From positions 3,195 through 67,194 of the forward strand of contig JAUXAW010000001.1 in NCBI GenBank assembly GCA_030619715.1: a DNA stretch of 64,000 nucleotides, written 5' to 3'. Shown here one piece after another: positions 51,599 through 60,740 of this stretch; positions within the stretch are counted from its first letter, which is position 1, and every line of letters begins with the position of its first letter. The translations under genes were made by a program, and so were the position numbers. The notes under the pieces are model-generated. The model ran no database searches. It saw only the letters and a list, made by a program, of their open reading frames with translations, and was not told where the DNA came from. The stretch is from a candidate division WWE3 bacterium. Its GTDB lineage: Bacteria; Patescibacteriota; WWE3; JAUXAW01.

Positions 51599-52225
51599 CT
51601 AACTATTATTTTTAATGATTGCCGCATTGTAGGACAAAAAGGGCCGCAAAAACGGCAAACCTTCCATAATTTTTTCGTAAATTTTAAATAGCTTAACGAA
51701 TCTTTTGGGATAGTTGTGGCACTCAAAGCACTTAAACTTCGCTTGAGGAAAGATGGCACGAACCAGTTTCTTAAAATAATTCTGTTTGAAGTGCTGGTGG
51801 CCACGCAGCAAAGTCATATAGGGATACAATAATGGGTTGTAGCGGTTCGCTTCGACAATGACAACAGAACCACCTGTTTTACAAACTCGTTTTAACCCTT
51901 CTAAGGCATGTCTGTGTTTCTCGTAACTCTGGTGTTCCTCATCAATATGATGCAAAACATCGTGGGCAAAGACAAAGTCAAACTGGTTTTCGCCAAAAGG
52001 GATCTCTGAGATGCCCGCCTTTTTGAATTCCAAACCCTTAATATTCTTTATTCTTTCGTGTTCAAAGATATCAATGCCGGAGGTTGCGAGGCCATACTCG
52101 TTGATGAAAATCTCCGCATCAAACCCCCCACCGCACCCGACATCCAAAATCTTCCCGCCGCCGGCAAAATCAAAACCAAGTTTATTAAAAATATCATCCC
52201 GATACTGATTTCCTGTGTTAATCAT
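51599..52225 (-). CDS. Class I SAM methyltransferase
   Basis: ILDVGCGGG, FDFV, VLHH; probable start 52225. Confidence 0.88.
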   Translation of the reverse strand: MINTGNQYRDDIFNKLGFDFAGGGKILDVGCGGGFDAEIFINEYGLATSGIDIFEHERIKNIKGLEFKKAGISEIPFGENQFDFVFAHDVLHHIDEEHQSYEKHRHALEGLKRVCKTGGSVVIVEANRYNPLLYPYMTLLRGHQHFKQNYFKKLVRAIFPQAKFKCFECHNYPKRFVKLFKIYEKIMEGLPFLRPFLSYNAAIIKNNS

Positions 52226-52292
52226 GGTCCAAGAGTATTCTAACATAGACAAGGGATTGACTCTCATGTAGAATAAGAGTTAGTGGGGTAAG

Positions 52293-53030
52293 ATGAAGTA
52301 TTCACTGTTTATCGGCCGGTGGCAACCTTTTCACAAGGGCCACAAAATGCTGATCAATGAAGTTCTCAAGGAGAAAAAGCCTGCTCTCATCGCTATCAGA
52401 GATACTGAAATATCGGAGGAAAATCCGTACACTATCGAGGAACGTAGGAAGATGATCAAAGAAGAGTACGGAGATAGCGTAAAGATAATCACCATCCCGG
52501 ATATAGGGGAGATCTGTTACGGTCGAAGGGTTGGATACAAGATAAGAAGAATTCGCTTGGATAACCAGACAGAGGAGATATCAGGAGCCAAGATAAGAGA
52601 TTCACAAAAAAGGGTTATTTGGCTTACAGGCAATATGGGTGCAGGGAAAACATCTCTTGCTTATCTTCTTAAAGACAGGTTGAATGCGGTTGTTTTGGAT
52701 GGCGATGAGATGCGAGCATCAATCTCGCTGGGAGCAGGTTTTAGCAAAAAGGACAGGAACGAACATAATTTAAGAGTAGCACGGCTGGCAAAAATTCTTC
52801 ACGCCCAGGGGCACAATGTTGTTGTGGCGGTCATCGCACCATTTAGGGAAACGAGAAAAAAGATTAATGATATCTGTGATCCCTATTGGATTTATGTGTG
52901 TGGCGGAGCAACGGGGAAAGATAAGCCCTACGAACCGCCGGAGAATCCCGATGTGGTTATTGATCCTTTGTCTGAAAGTTTAAGCGAAAGCCTGGAGAAA
53001 ATCATTGAGGAGGTGGGGAAAATTACATAG
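52293..53030 (+). CDS. HxGH nucleotidyltransferase domain fused to APS kinase (CysC-like)
   Basis: FIGRWQPFHKGH...ISGAKIR; IWLTGNMGAGKT, LDGDEMR, GFSKKDR, IAPF, YEPP. Confidence 0.85.
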   Translation: MKYSLFIGRWQPFHKGHKMLINEVLKEKKPALIAIRDTEISEENPYTIEERRKMIKEEYGDSVKIITIPDIGEICYGRRVGYKIRRIRLDNQTEEISGAKIRDSQKRVIWLTGNMGAGKTSLAYLLKDRLNAVVLDGDEMRASISLGAGFSKKDRNEHNLRVARLAKILHAQGHNVVVAVIAPFRETRKKINDICDPYWIYVCGGATGKDKPYEPPENPDVVIDPLSESLSESLEKIIEEVGKIT

Positions 53031-53148
53031 AAATCTCCGCATCAAACCCCCCGCCGCAACCCACATCCAAAATTTTCCCACCTCTTTGGAAGTCAAAGCC
53101 AAGTTTATTAAAAATATCGTCCCGATACTGGTTTCCCGTGCTAATCAT
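53023..53148 (-). pseudogene. Truncated copy of the methyltransferase 5' end
   Basis: 53031-53148 parallels 52108-52225 (36/39 aa identical), then stops. Confidence 0.85.
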
Positions 53149-53261
53149 ACTCGAAAGCATTTTAGCATAAAAACCCTTCAAAAAAACTTGAAGTCTCATA
53201 GTAGATATGGTAGTATGTTTGCGCCGGAACCTTAACAACTCAGTTAGACAGGGGGAGACAG

Positions 53262-53996
53262 ATGAGAATAGTCCGCTCAACGGGGTGTTTTAAGAGCCTC
53301 CTGGCGGCCTACCTCGAAATTCCATACTTCCCGTGGAAGAATATGGAAGTGGAATTGTGGCCGCTACGAGGCACAGGCATCCAAAGAATAATCGACGGTG
53401 GGTGCCGGATCGTTAGCATCCACATGCCCTTCGGTGAGTCACTGTGGCGAGGAGGACTTCCTCACATATGGCGCCTCATACGAAGGGATTTCCAGAGGAG
53501 GTCTGTAAAATCCGCCATGCACCTGGCTCTCACAGCGGTCGTCTTAGCTACGGATTTCTGGCATCGCATCTGGAAACCGTACTGGCCGGAACTCGACATC
53601 GAAACCATCGAGCAGGACTTAGCGATGTTGCGACCGAACGCGCTCCTTTTTCACGGTGATCAGCTGTGGGCCGTTTCAGAGGCGACGGAGAGAATCCTGG
53701 CGCTTGCGAGGAGTATGGGCACTGGGATTCACGTCGAGCATTGCTCCATCGGGCCCTCTGAAGAACCTCTCACTATTCACGACACGATCAACATGTGTCG
53801 AAGGGATGGTTGGAAATTGGCCCCAGACCTACACCACAGCCCTGAATTCGAGAGATATTTGCTTGTTCTAAAAGAAGAGGGGCTACTTGGAGAAATCCAG
53901 TGTCGTGGTTTTAAAGAAGCGCGCAGGCTGATGACAGCTTACCCGGGCCTAGAAGGGGCCCCACTGGTTATCGAGCCAAAAGACCTGACCACCTAG
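53262..53996 (+). CDS. Hypothetical, possible xylose-isomerase-like TIM barrel
   Basis: SIHMPF, IHVEH, PDLHH, VIEP metal-ligand-like spacing; SD GGGGAG. Confidence 0.5.
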   Translation: MRIVRSTGCFKSLLAAYLEIPYFPWKNMEVELWPLRGTGIQRIIDGGCRIVSIHMPFGESLWRGGLPHIWRLIRRDFQRRSVKSAMHLALTAVVLATDFWHRIWKPYWPELDIETIEQDLAMLRPNALLFHGDQLWAVSEATERILALARSMGTGIHVEHCSIGPSEEPLTIHDTINMCRRDGWKLAPDLHHSPEFERYLLVLKEEGLLGEIQCRGFKEARRLMTAYPGLEGAPLVIEPKDLTT

Positions 53997-54007
53997 GATG
54001 GGGGCAC

Positions 54008-54766
54008 TCAAAATCGCAGTTCCGGCTTGAGTGCCCTCAAATTCATCATATTATTCTTAACCTCAACCACAATTTCTTCCAAAATCTCCTCCCAAGAATC
54101 TTCAAGGAGGCGGGCACAATCTTCAAAAACCCTTTTTGCTTTCTCCACATTCACGTTGTCCCCCTGCGGGAGACCTGCGGCCATATTCGCCCAAATTTCG
54201 ACCAGACCCTGAATCGAAAGAAACCTTTCGGGAGTATAGGATCTCAAGAGAAACAAAATATCCTGCGAAACATCCGCAATCTCCTTGTCGAAGCACTCGG
54301 CCAAAAGAGACGCTGCTTCGGAAACATCAATCTGGGAAATCTTTTTTGCTAAATCTTCAACAAAATTTCGCCGGTGCCGAAGAAGTTGGACATCAACTCC
54401 CCACCAAAGAAAGTTGTGAAATCGAGCCCGCGAAGCTATCTCCAAGGAAATCTCCGAGGCCTCAGCGATTCGTTTCCCATACTCTTCTCTCTTACTTTCA
54501 AACCGCTCCGCAATGCTCCGACTAAACCCATCTGCCCCAAACTCGGCGCTGTGGCAAAGCATACCCAAAGCCAAATCTCGCCTCCCCGGAGAGTATTTAT
54601 CCAAGAAATCCAGAAGTTTCTTTCCGCCCTCATGGATCTCCTCAAACTCAAACACAGAGCCGGGAACGAAGGGAACAATATCCGGATAATAGGAGCCCAA
54701 AACCAAATCCCCCGTTAACCTTCCGGCAACCCTTTTAGCGACGTAGGGATGACCGATGACATTCAT
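54008..54766 (-). CDS. Hypothetical, Zn-dependent phospholipase C/ACP-phosphodiesterase-like
   Basis: MNVIGH, LGSYYPD, H, GMLCH...D; probable start 54766. Confidence 0.55.
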   Translation of the reverse strand: MNVIGHPYVAKRVAGRLTGDLVLGSYYPDIVPFVPGSVFEFEEIHEGGKKLLDFLDKYSPGRRDLALGMLCHSAEFGADGFSRSIAERFESKREEYGKRIAEASEISLEIASRARFHNFLWWGVDVQLLRHRRNFVEDLAKKISQIDVSEAASLLAECFDKEIADVSQDILFLLRSYTPERFLSIQGLVEIWANMAAGLPQGDNVNVEKAKRVFEDCARLLEDSWEEILEEIVVEVKNNMMNLRALKPELRF

Positions 54767-54819
54767 TGGAAGTATTTTAACACAGACAGAAGAGGCGATT
54801 CTCGTGTAAAATGGTAACA

Positions 54820-56376
54820 ATGAAAGAGTGGTTCAGACAAAATTGGAAGGCCCTCGCTTTTCTCGCCTTTCTGGTTTTTGTGGCCTACATCAACTCTCTA
54901 AATAACGCCTTTGTGGCTGACGATATTCCCGCGATCCTTAACAAAGCAGATATTACCGAAATAAGCTACGTCTTCGCCACCCCTCTTGTCTTGGCAAGGA
55001 CTTTCCTGAACTTCATCATCGCTAACATCTTCGGCCGCTCACCACCCGCTTTCCGCGCCGTCAACATCCTTTTTCATCTCGGCAATGTTTGGCTGCTTTA
55101 TTTCCTCCTTCACATCTTAGCCAACCGCAAAACCGCTCTCTTCGCCGCCGCCATCCTGGCCACCCATCCCCTTATGACCGAGTCAGTTACCTGGGTTGCC
55201 GGTGGTCTATACGCACAGTACAGCTTCTTCCTTCTTCTGGCGTTAGCGCTATATGTTCTAAACGATGTGAACGAAAACAAAAAAGTTTATTGGTCCGCAC
55301 TCGGGAGCTTCGCCGTCGGTCTTCTCACCTCCGAAAAGGCAATGGCTTTCCCTCTTATCCTTTTGGCGTTGGAATTCGCCTACCGGGGTTTGCGAAAAAA
55401 TTGGAGGCGCTTGATTCCCTTCTTTGCTCTTGGGGGGATCTGGGCACTAATATTTATCGGAAAAATTGGCGAGAGAGCCGCTAACCTCCAAACGATGTAT
55501 TATCAAGCCCCCCAAGCAACGGAGTCCCTAGCTCAGATCCCAATCGCCATTACCTCCTACTTAAAATTAGTCTTCTGGCCGAAGGGGCTTACTCTCTACC
55601 ACTCGGAGATGAGCTTCTCTGCCGTTGAGTTCTACCTGCGGCTGGCCGCCCTAATTATTTTCTTGGGACTGATGGCTTACGCATACAGGAAAAGCAAACC
55701 GACATTTTTTTGGTTATCTTTCTTCATCATCGCTCTTTCACCAACACTGGTCCCGTTTGGTCTTTCTTGGATTGTCGCCGAGCGCTACGTCTACCTAGGC
55801 ACAATTGGAATTCTTGTGGTCGTAGCGATGGGAATCCAAAAGATTGGAGAAAAACTCGGCAACCCCAATATTTCTTACGCAATTATGGTTCCAGTCGTTT
55901 TAGCGCTGACGGCAAGAACGATTGCTAGAAACACCGACTGGAAAAACCAAGACACGCTTTGGCTAGCGGCGGCGAAGACATCGCCTTCAAGCCCGCAGAA
56001 CCATAATAATCTCGGAGATCTGTACGGCCGACGGGGGGATTTGGAAAGGTCGGCAGAGGAGTTTAAAAAAGCGATCGAGCTCAAACCGGGCTACGCCGAC
56101 GCTCACCATAACCTGGCCATTGTTTATCAGCGAATGGGAAGAGTTGACGAAGCGATTGTAAACTATCAAAAGGCAGCCGAAATTAACCCCCTGCTCTGGC
56201 AACCCTGCCAAAATTTGGCCGCTATTTACTTTGAGCAAGAAGAGTTCGAGCTAGCAAAAGAATATATGGAAAAAGCGGTTGAAGCTAACCCCGAAAACGC
56301 CAACCTCCGCCGCAGCCTAGAAATCATTTATCAAGAACTCGTCCAAAAAGAGAATTCAAAACGCGATCAAGAGTAG
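54820..56376 (+). CDS. TMTC-like GT-C membrane protein with TPR repeats
   Basis: FVADD, NILFH, HP..TESV, SEK, AERYVY, RNTDW, then TPRs. Confidence 0.85.
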   Translation: MKEWFRQNWKALAFLAFLVFVAYINSLNNAFVADDIPAILNKADITEISYVFATPLVLARTFLNFIIANIFGRSPPAFRAVNILFHLGNVWLLYFLLHILANRKTALFAAAILATHPLMTESVTWVAGGLYAQYSFFLLLALALYVLNDVNENKKVYWSALGSFAVGLLTSEKAMAFPLILLALEFAYRGLRKNWRRLIPFFALGGIWALIFIGKIGERAANLQTMYYQAPQATESLAQIPIAITSYLKLVFWPKGLTLYHSEMSFSAVEFYLRLAALIIFLGLMAYAYRKSKPTFFWLSFFIIALSPTLVPFGLSWIVAERYVYLGTIGILVVVAMGIQKIGEKLGNPNISYAIMVPVVLALTARTIARNTDWKNQDTLWLAAAKTSPSSPQNHNNLGDLYGRRGDLERSAEEFKKAIELKPGYADAHHNLAIVYQRMGRVDEAIVNYQKAAEINPLLWQPCQNLAAIYFEQEEFELAKEYMEKAVEANPENANLRRSLEIIYQELVQKENSKRDQE

Positions 56377-57127
56377 TCGCTGGATAGTTTGCCAAGAGAC
56401 GCTTTCTCTCAACCTCTGGCAAATCGTAAAACTTCAAAATTTTCAGACGATAAAAAATAGAAAGGGTGTCAAACAGAGTCTCAAAAAGGGAACGGGGGCT
56501 GACCGCGGTGCTAAGCACAAGCCGTAGCCGGACCGGCGCCTCTCTAATCTTAAAGTTGTAGTGGTGCGCCAGGGCCAAAACCTCGATATCAAAGGCGTAA
56601 CGCTTAACTAGAAGCAAAGGCATAATCTTTTCCAAAACTTTACGGCGAAAAACTTTTAAGCCCACTTGAGTATCGGTCACCCCCAAATCAAAGAGAAGTT
56701 TGACGGTAACTTGGGCCCCAAAACTGACCAACCGACGGTGCCAGGGATAAACTACCTGTGACCTAGGATGCACCTTCGAACCAATAACCAGATCCGCCCC
56801 ACTCTCTTCCAAAATCCTTAAGAAATAAACTATTTGTGAGGGAGGAAAATCAAGACCGGCGTCAAAAAAGGCAATCACATCCCCGCGGCTCTTCTCAAAA
56901 CCAAACTTGAGGGCGTGGCCTTTGCCGCGATTTGGTTCGTAGTAAAAAACTTGCACTCGATCGCCCCGCAAGGATTTGGCAACTTCGTAAGTTCCATCGG
57001 AACTGCCGTCGTCAACCACCACCAGCTCGTAATCCAGCTGCTGTTGGTCTAAAAAATCAGCCAGAGACCGAATCGTCTCTTTAATCCTTTTCTCTTCGTT
57101 GTAAGCGGGAATAATTACCGAAAGCAT
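56324..57127 (-). CDS. Polyprenol-phosphate glycosyltransferase (DPM1/ALG5-like GT2)
   Basis: PAYNEE, NRGKG, DTQVGLK, FDIE. Confidence 0.88.
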   Translation of the reverse strand: MLSVIIPAYNEEKRIKETIRSLADFLDQQQLDYELVVVDDGSSDGTYEVAKSLRGDRVQVFYYEPNRGKGHALKFGFEKSRGDVIAFFDAGLDFPPSQIVYFLRILEESGADLVIGSKVHPRSQVVYPWHRRLVSFGAQVTVKLLFDLGVTDTQVGLKVFRRKVLEKIMPLLLVKRYAFDIEVLALAHHYNFKIREAPVRLRLVLSTAVSPRSLFETLFDTLSIFYRLKILKFYDLPEVERKRLLANYPATTLDRVLNSLFGRVLDK

Positions 57128-58322
57128 GATCGAACCCGAGGGTAGCCAACACCCCCGTCATCACTACAATGTTACCATAAATCACCTGGTCCAAGGTTTC
57201 GTGAAAAAAGCACAAAAGTGCAATTTGGAGCACGGAGAAAATTGCTAAAAAAATAGCCGGGCGAAAATTGCCAATCGAGAGAAAAAAACGAGAGATAAGA
57301 TCGACAACGGCGTACAGTCCCATAAACACGGCAAAAACCCCTAAGTAAGGCACCGCGGCAAGGTATTGAGAACCAAACAGTAACGTCACCAAAAACCGAG
57401 GCAGAAGAAAATAAACCAAAACTCCAATCAGCGCTCCGGGAACGACCAGCAACAAGGATTTATGAAGAACCGCAAAAGGATTCTCTCCCCTCTCCTGCTT
57501 TTCTGCCGCCATTGGGAAAGCCACCATGACCACCGAACTTAGGCCAAAAAAGATTATCCTCCCTATCATCACCACCGAGCCGTAAATCCCCGCCTCCTCG
57601 GGGGAGAAAAAGTGTTTGACCAAAATGACATCGGTGTTATAAAAAGCAGCTAGTGCCAAAAGGGTAACCGTCGTCGGTAGAGCGTATTTCAACAAGTCCG
57701 TTTTTACAAACGAGCTTCCTGTAAAAGAGGTCCGCAAGTTCTTCCTCAAAAGCAGCAGAGCAACAACAATAGTCAGACCGCTAGAAATGATCAATCCCCA
57801 AGTAACCCCCCAAAGCCCAAAACCCAAAGCCGCCAAACCCACCCCGAACAAAAATTTCAAAAAGGGGCCCAAAAAAGACATTAGGGAAAAGGCCTTAAAC
57901 CTTAGCAGCCCTCGCAAAAAACCCAATGGGGACGAAGCCGTGAGAGAAAGGGCAACGAAGCCAAAAAACAGAACCGGAAGGAGGGGGTTGGCTATTTTTA
58001 AAAATTCGGCTAGCTGATTCCGGAAAACGAAAGCCAGACCGAGAAAAGTTAAACCCAAAAAGGATGTGGCTTTACTTGTCCAAACAAGAGCCTCCGTCAC
58101 CGCTTCAAAATCACCCTGCGCTTTGTACTTAGAAGCAAATTTAGTAGCGGTTGTCCTCAAAACACCTCCGGGGACACCGGCGATGTAGAGAAGAGAAAAG
58201 AGGGAGACAAGCGTTCCGTATTCCGCCGGCGAAAGCAACCGCCCCATCGCCAAGTGAAAGAAGTAATTAAGGAAAGCTCCCCCCAAAGAGCCCACGAGGA
58301 CGAGTATAATGGATTTTTTCAT
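57081..58322 (-). CDS. Polysaccharide flippase (MOP superfamily)
   Basis: GRLLSPAEYG, TDVILVKHFF, AGIY; multi-TM. Confidence 0.85.
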   Translation of the reverse strand: MKKSIILVLVGSLGGAFLNYFFHLAMGRLLSPAEYGTLVSLFSLLYIAGVPGGVLRTTATKFASKYKAQGDFEAVTEALVWTSKATSFLGLTFLGLAFVFRNQLAEFLKIANPLLPVLFFGFVALSLTASSPLGFLRGLLRFKAFSLMSFLGPFLKFLFGVGLAALGFGLWGVTWGLIISSGLTIVVALLLLRKNLRTSFTGSSFVKTDLLKYALPTTVTLLALAAFYNTDVILVKHFFSPEEAGIYGSVVMIGRIIFFGLSSVVMVAFPMAAEKQERGENPFAVLHKSLLLVVPGALIGVLVYFLLPRFLVTLLFGSQYLAAVPYLGVFAVFMGLYAVVDLISRFFLSIGNFRPAIFLAIFSVLQIALLCFFHETLDQVIYGNIVVMTGVLATLGFDHAFGNYSRLQRREKD

Positions 58323-58490
58323 GAACGAAAGATGAAAACGATCCCGGCCATAATTAACAAAACGCCGCCAAACCGTACCAAAGACACCTGCTCACCAACC
58401 TCCAACCTTGTTAACCCCAAACTTCATCAGGAACTGGCCCACAACCCCCAAAATAATATTAATACCGAGCAGAAGATAAGGCGAAATCAT
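58319..58490 (-). pseudogene. Internally deleted SMR/EamA (ArnE/F-like) gene
   Basis: MISPYLLLGINIILGVVGQFLMKFGVNKVGGW*, then out-of-frame GEQVSLVRFGGVLLIMAGIVFIFRS*. Confidence 0.7.
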
Positions 58491-58576
58491 TATTTGCCTA
58501 AGATTCTACCAACACCGAGCCCTCGATGTCAAAACCAACGCTTGAATCCCGCTATCAACTTGTATACTATTGGGGT

Positions 58577-60430
58577 ATGGTCCGGGCGAAGACTTCACGC
58601 TTAAAGAGGCTTTCAAAGCGCAAGAAGGTCCTGCTTACTGCTCTGGTGGTGTTGGTTTTGCTGGCCATAGGGGGCTACTTCTTGGTAGGCAGACCGGCGC
58701 AGGCCCTGTACCAGCAGGCCAAGTTAGCCAAACCCCATCTGGCCAATCTTAAAACCGGCTTGATAACACAAAATCTACCTCAAATTCGAGCGGAAGTGGC
58801 TGAACTCGATCAAATCCGAGCGAAGTCGGCGGAAATTTACCAACAGTTTGGCTGGCTCGAAGTAATTCCGGGGGTCGGTAACTATTATCGGGACGGCCAG
58901 CACGTTTTCAGGGCGGGAGAGGCGGGAATCGAAGCGGCGCAGATTATGGTCACGGCCCTAGAACCTTTTGAAGATTTTGAAGATATTGAAAAATTAACCC
59001 AGCTGGTTGTCATCTCTCCCCAAATTATCCCTCAACTAGAGGAGGCCTTACAGAAAATCGCGGTTGTCCGCGCGGAAATCACCCAAATCAACCCCCAGCG
59101 CTACCCTACCGAGATTAAGGGGTTTAAAATCCGCTCTAACTTAGAAAGCGCAATCGCCGCGCTCGACAGCGCCGAGGGGCTCCTCACCGACGCGGGACCC
59201 CTTCTGCGCGCTCTGCCTCAGGCGCTAGGAGCGGAAGAGCCCCAAAATTATTTAATTCTCTTCCAAAACGATAAAGAGCTCCGGCCCGGTGGCGGTTTCA
59301 TCACCGCCTACGCCCTGGCCCAATTCAACCAAGGGGTATTTTCTGTTTTGCAGTCAGACGATATTTATAATCTGGACCAGAACCGCGTGCGCCTGCCGGC
59401 CCCAGATCCGATTACGCGCTTTTTGAAAGTGCCGGGGTTTTACATGCGCGACACCAACTTTTCGCCCGACTTCAAAAAGAGCATGGAGGATTTTCTCATT
59501 TACTACGACGCCTGCGGTGCGCCGCCGGTAGCCGGAATTATCGCCATTGATACCCAATTCGTGGAAAGCTTTTTGGAACTCACGGGACCCATCAGCGTCC
59601 CCGAATACCAGCAAGATTTTTCCGGCTGGCCTAACCTGCCTCAATCCTGCCGCACGGGAGGCACGGACTTCACCACCGAAAATGTGGTTTGCCGACTGGA
59701 GCTCTACGCCGAGAAAATTCTCCATGGAAGCAGTCAACGCAAGGCCTTGATTGGTGATTTAATGGGGCATCTGGTCGATTGGCTGCTGACCGCGCCCCCG
59801 AACATCTGGCCGCCGATACTCAAAAATGTGGTCGAACAGGCGCAGACCAAACATCTATTAGTTTATTTTGAAAATGAAACTCTACAGAAATTGGCCGAAG
59901 ACTACAATTTGGCCGGACGGCTGCGAGAGGATTTCAAAACCGATTTTCTGCACGTTAACGACGCTAATTTAGCCGGCGCCAAATCCGATCTCTACATGGA
60001 TCGCAAATACCGCCTGGAGGTCAAAACAACCGGCGACGGGCAGGTGATCAACAAATTGACCCTCACTTACGCTAACACCGGTCTTTATGATGGCTGGCTC
60101 AACACAACCAATCGCGATTATCTAAGGATCTATGTCCCTCAGGGCTCTATGCTCATCGATTCCGACGGCGGTTCGTACGAGACAACAACTTTCGAGGACT
60201 TGGGCAAAACCGTTTTTGATAATTTTCTGCAGACCCCTCCACTGCAGACAATTCAGTTTATGGTCGAGTACCAATTGCCGCCGGAGGTGGAGAGAAAATC
60301 CTCAAAAGAATATGAGTTGCTAATCCAAAAACAGCCAGGGAAGGGGGCCGAAGAATGGACGGTGGTCGTAAACGGAGAAGAGCAAACGATAAATCTGGAT
60401 AGAGACGAAAAACTAAGATTTGAACTCTAA
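58577..60430 (+). CDS. DUF4012-domain protein (paralog of 23109-24953)
   Basis: YLILFQNDKELRPGGGF, RDTNFSPDF, LIQKQPG; probable start 58577, just after TATACT. Confidence 0.85.
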   Translation: MVRAKTSRLKRLSKRKKVLLTALVVLVLLAIGGYFLVGRPAQALYQQAKLAKPHLANLKTGLITQNLPQIRAEVAELDQIRAKSAEIYQQFGWLEVIPGVGNYYRDGQHVFRAGEAGIEAAQIMVTALEPFEDFEDIEKLTQLVVISPQIIPQLEEALQKIAVVRAEITQINPQRYPTEIKGFKIRSNLESAIAALDSAEGLLTDAGPLLRALPQALGAEEPQNYLILFQNDKELRPGGGFITAYALAQFNQGVFSVLQSDDIYNLDQNRVRLPAPDPITRFLKVPGFYMRDTNFSPDFKKSMEDFLIYYDACGAPPVAGIIAIDTQFVESFLELTGPISVPEYQQDFSGWPNLPQSCRTGGTDFTTENVVCRLELYAEKILHGSSQRKALIGDLMGHLVDWLLTAPPNIWPPILKNVVEQAQTKHLLVYFENETLQKLAEDYNLAGRLREDFKTDFLHVNDANLAGAKSDLYMDRKYRLEVKTTGDGQVINKLTLTYANTGLYDGWLNTTNRDYLRIYVPQGSMLIDSDGGSYETTTFEDLGKTVFDNFLQTPPLQTIQFMVEYQLPPEVERKSSKEYELLIQKQPGKGAEEWTVVVNGEEQTINLDRDEKLRFEL

Positions 60431-60449
60431 TCGTGCCGAAAAAGCCTTA

Positions 60450-60740
60450 ACCCCTGTAACTAAAGCATTTAATCATGCCTAACGATTAACGAGCGTCGTT
60501 ACAACATCCCTGATTAATGTGCTTTACCTACGGGGCTCTACCGGACCATAATCGGACCATCTCCAAATCCCTTTAACTGCAACGCACTCAACCTAACTTC
60601 CTTTACCTACAACCTTTAATCGGGTCATAATCGAGTCATAATCGGGTCATTTTTCATTACCTTAATCATTACCTATTTCAGCGGGATGCCTTTGCCTACA
60701 GCGTTTAATCATTACCTAATCGTTACTCTAATCATTACCT
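60450..60740. repeat. Modular array of ~11-mer tandem repeats with a recurring anchor
   Basis: CTTTRCCTAC at 60522, 60601 and 60690, each followed by different TAATC-based repeats. Confidence 0.75.

Noticed and set aside
53023-53280. 85-aa ORF as a functional methyltransferase
   Set aside because: Only 39 codons are homologous; it is truncated just after motif I.
60450-60740. CRISPR array
   Set aside because: The anchor is only ~10 nt, spacing is irregular, the intervening parts are themselves tandem repeats, and no cas genes are present.
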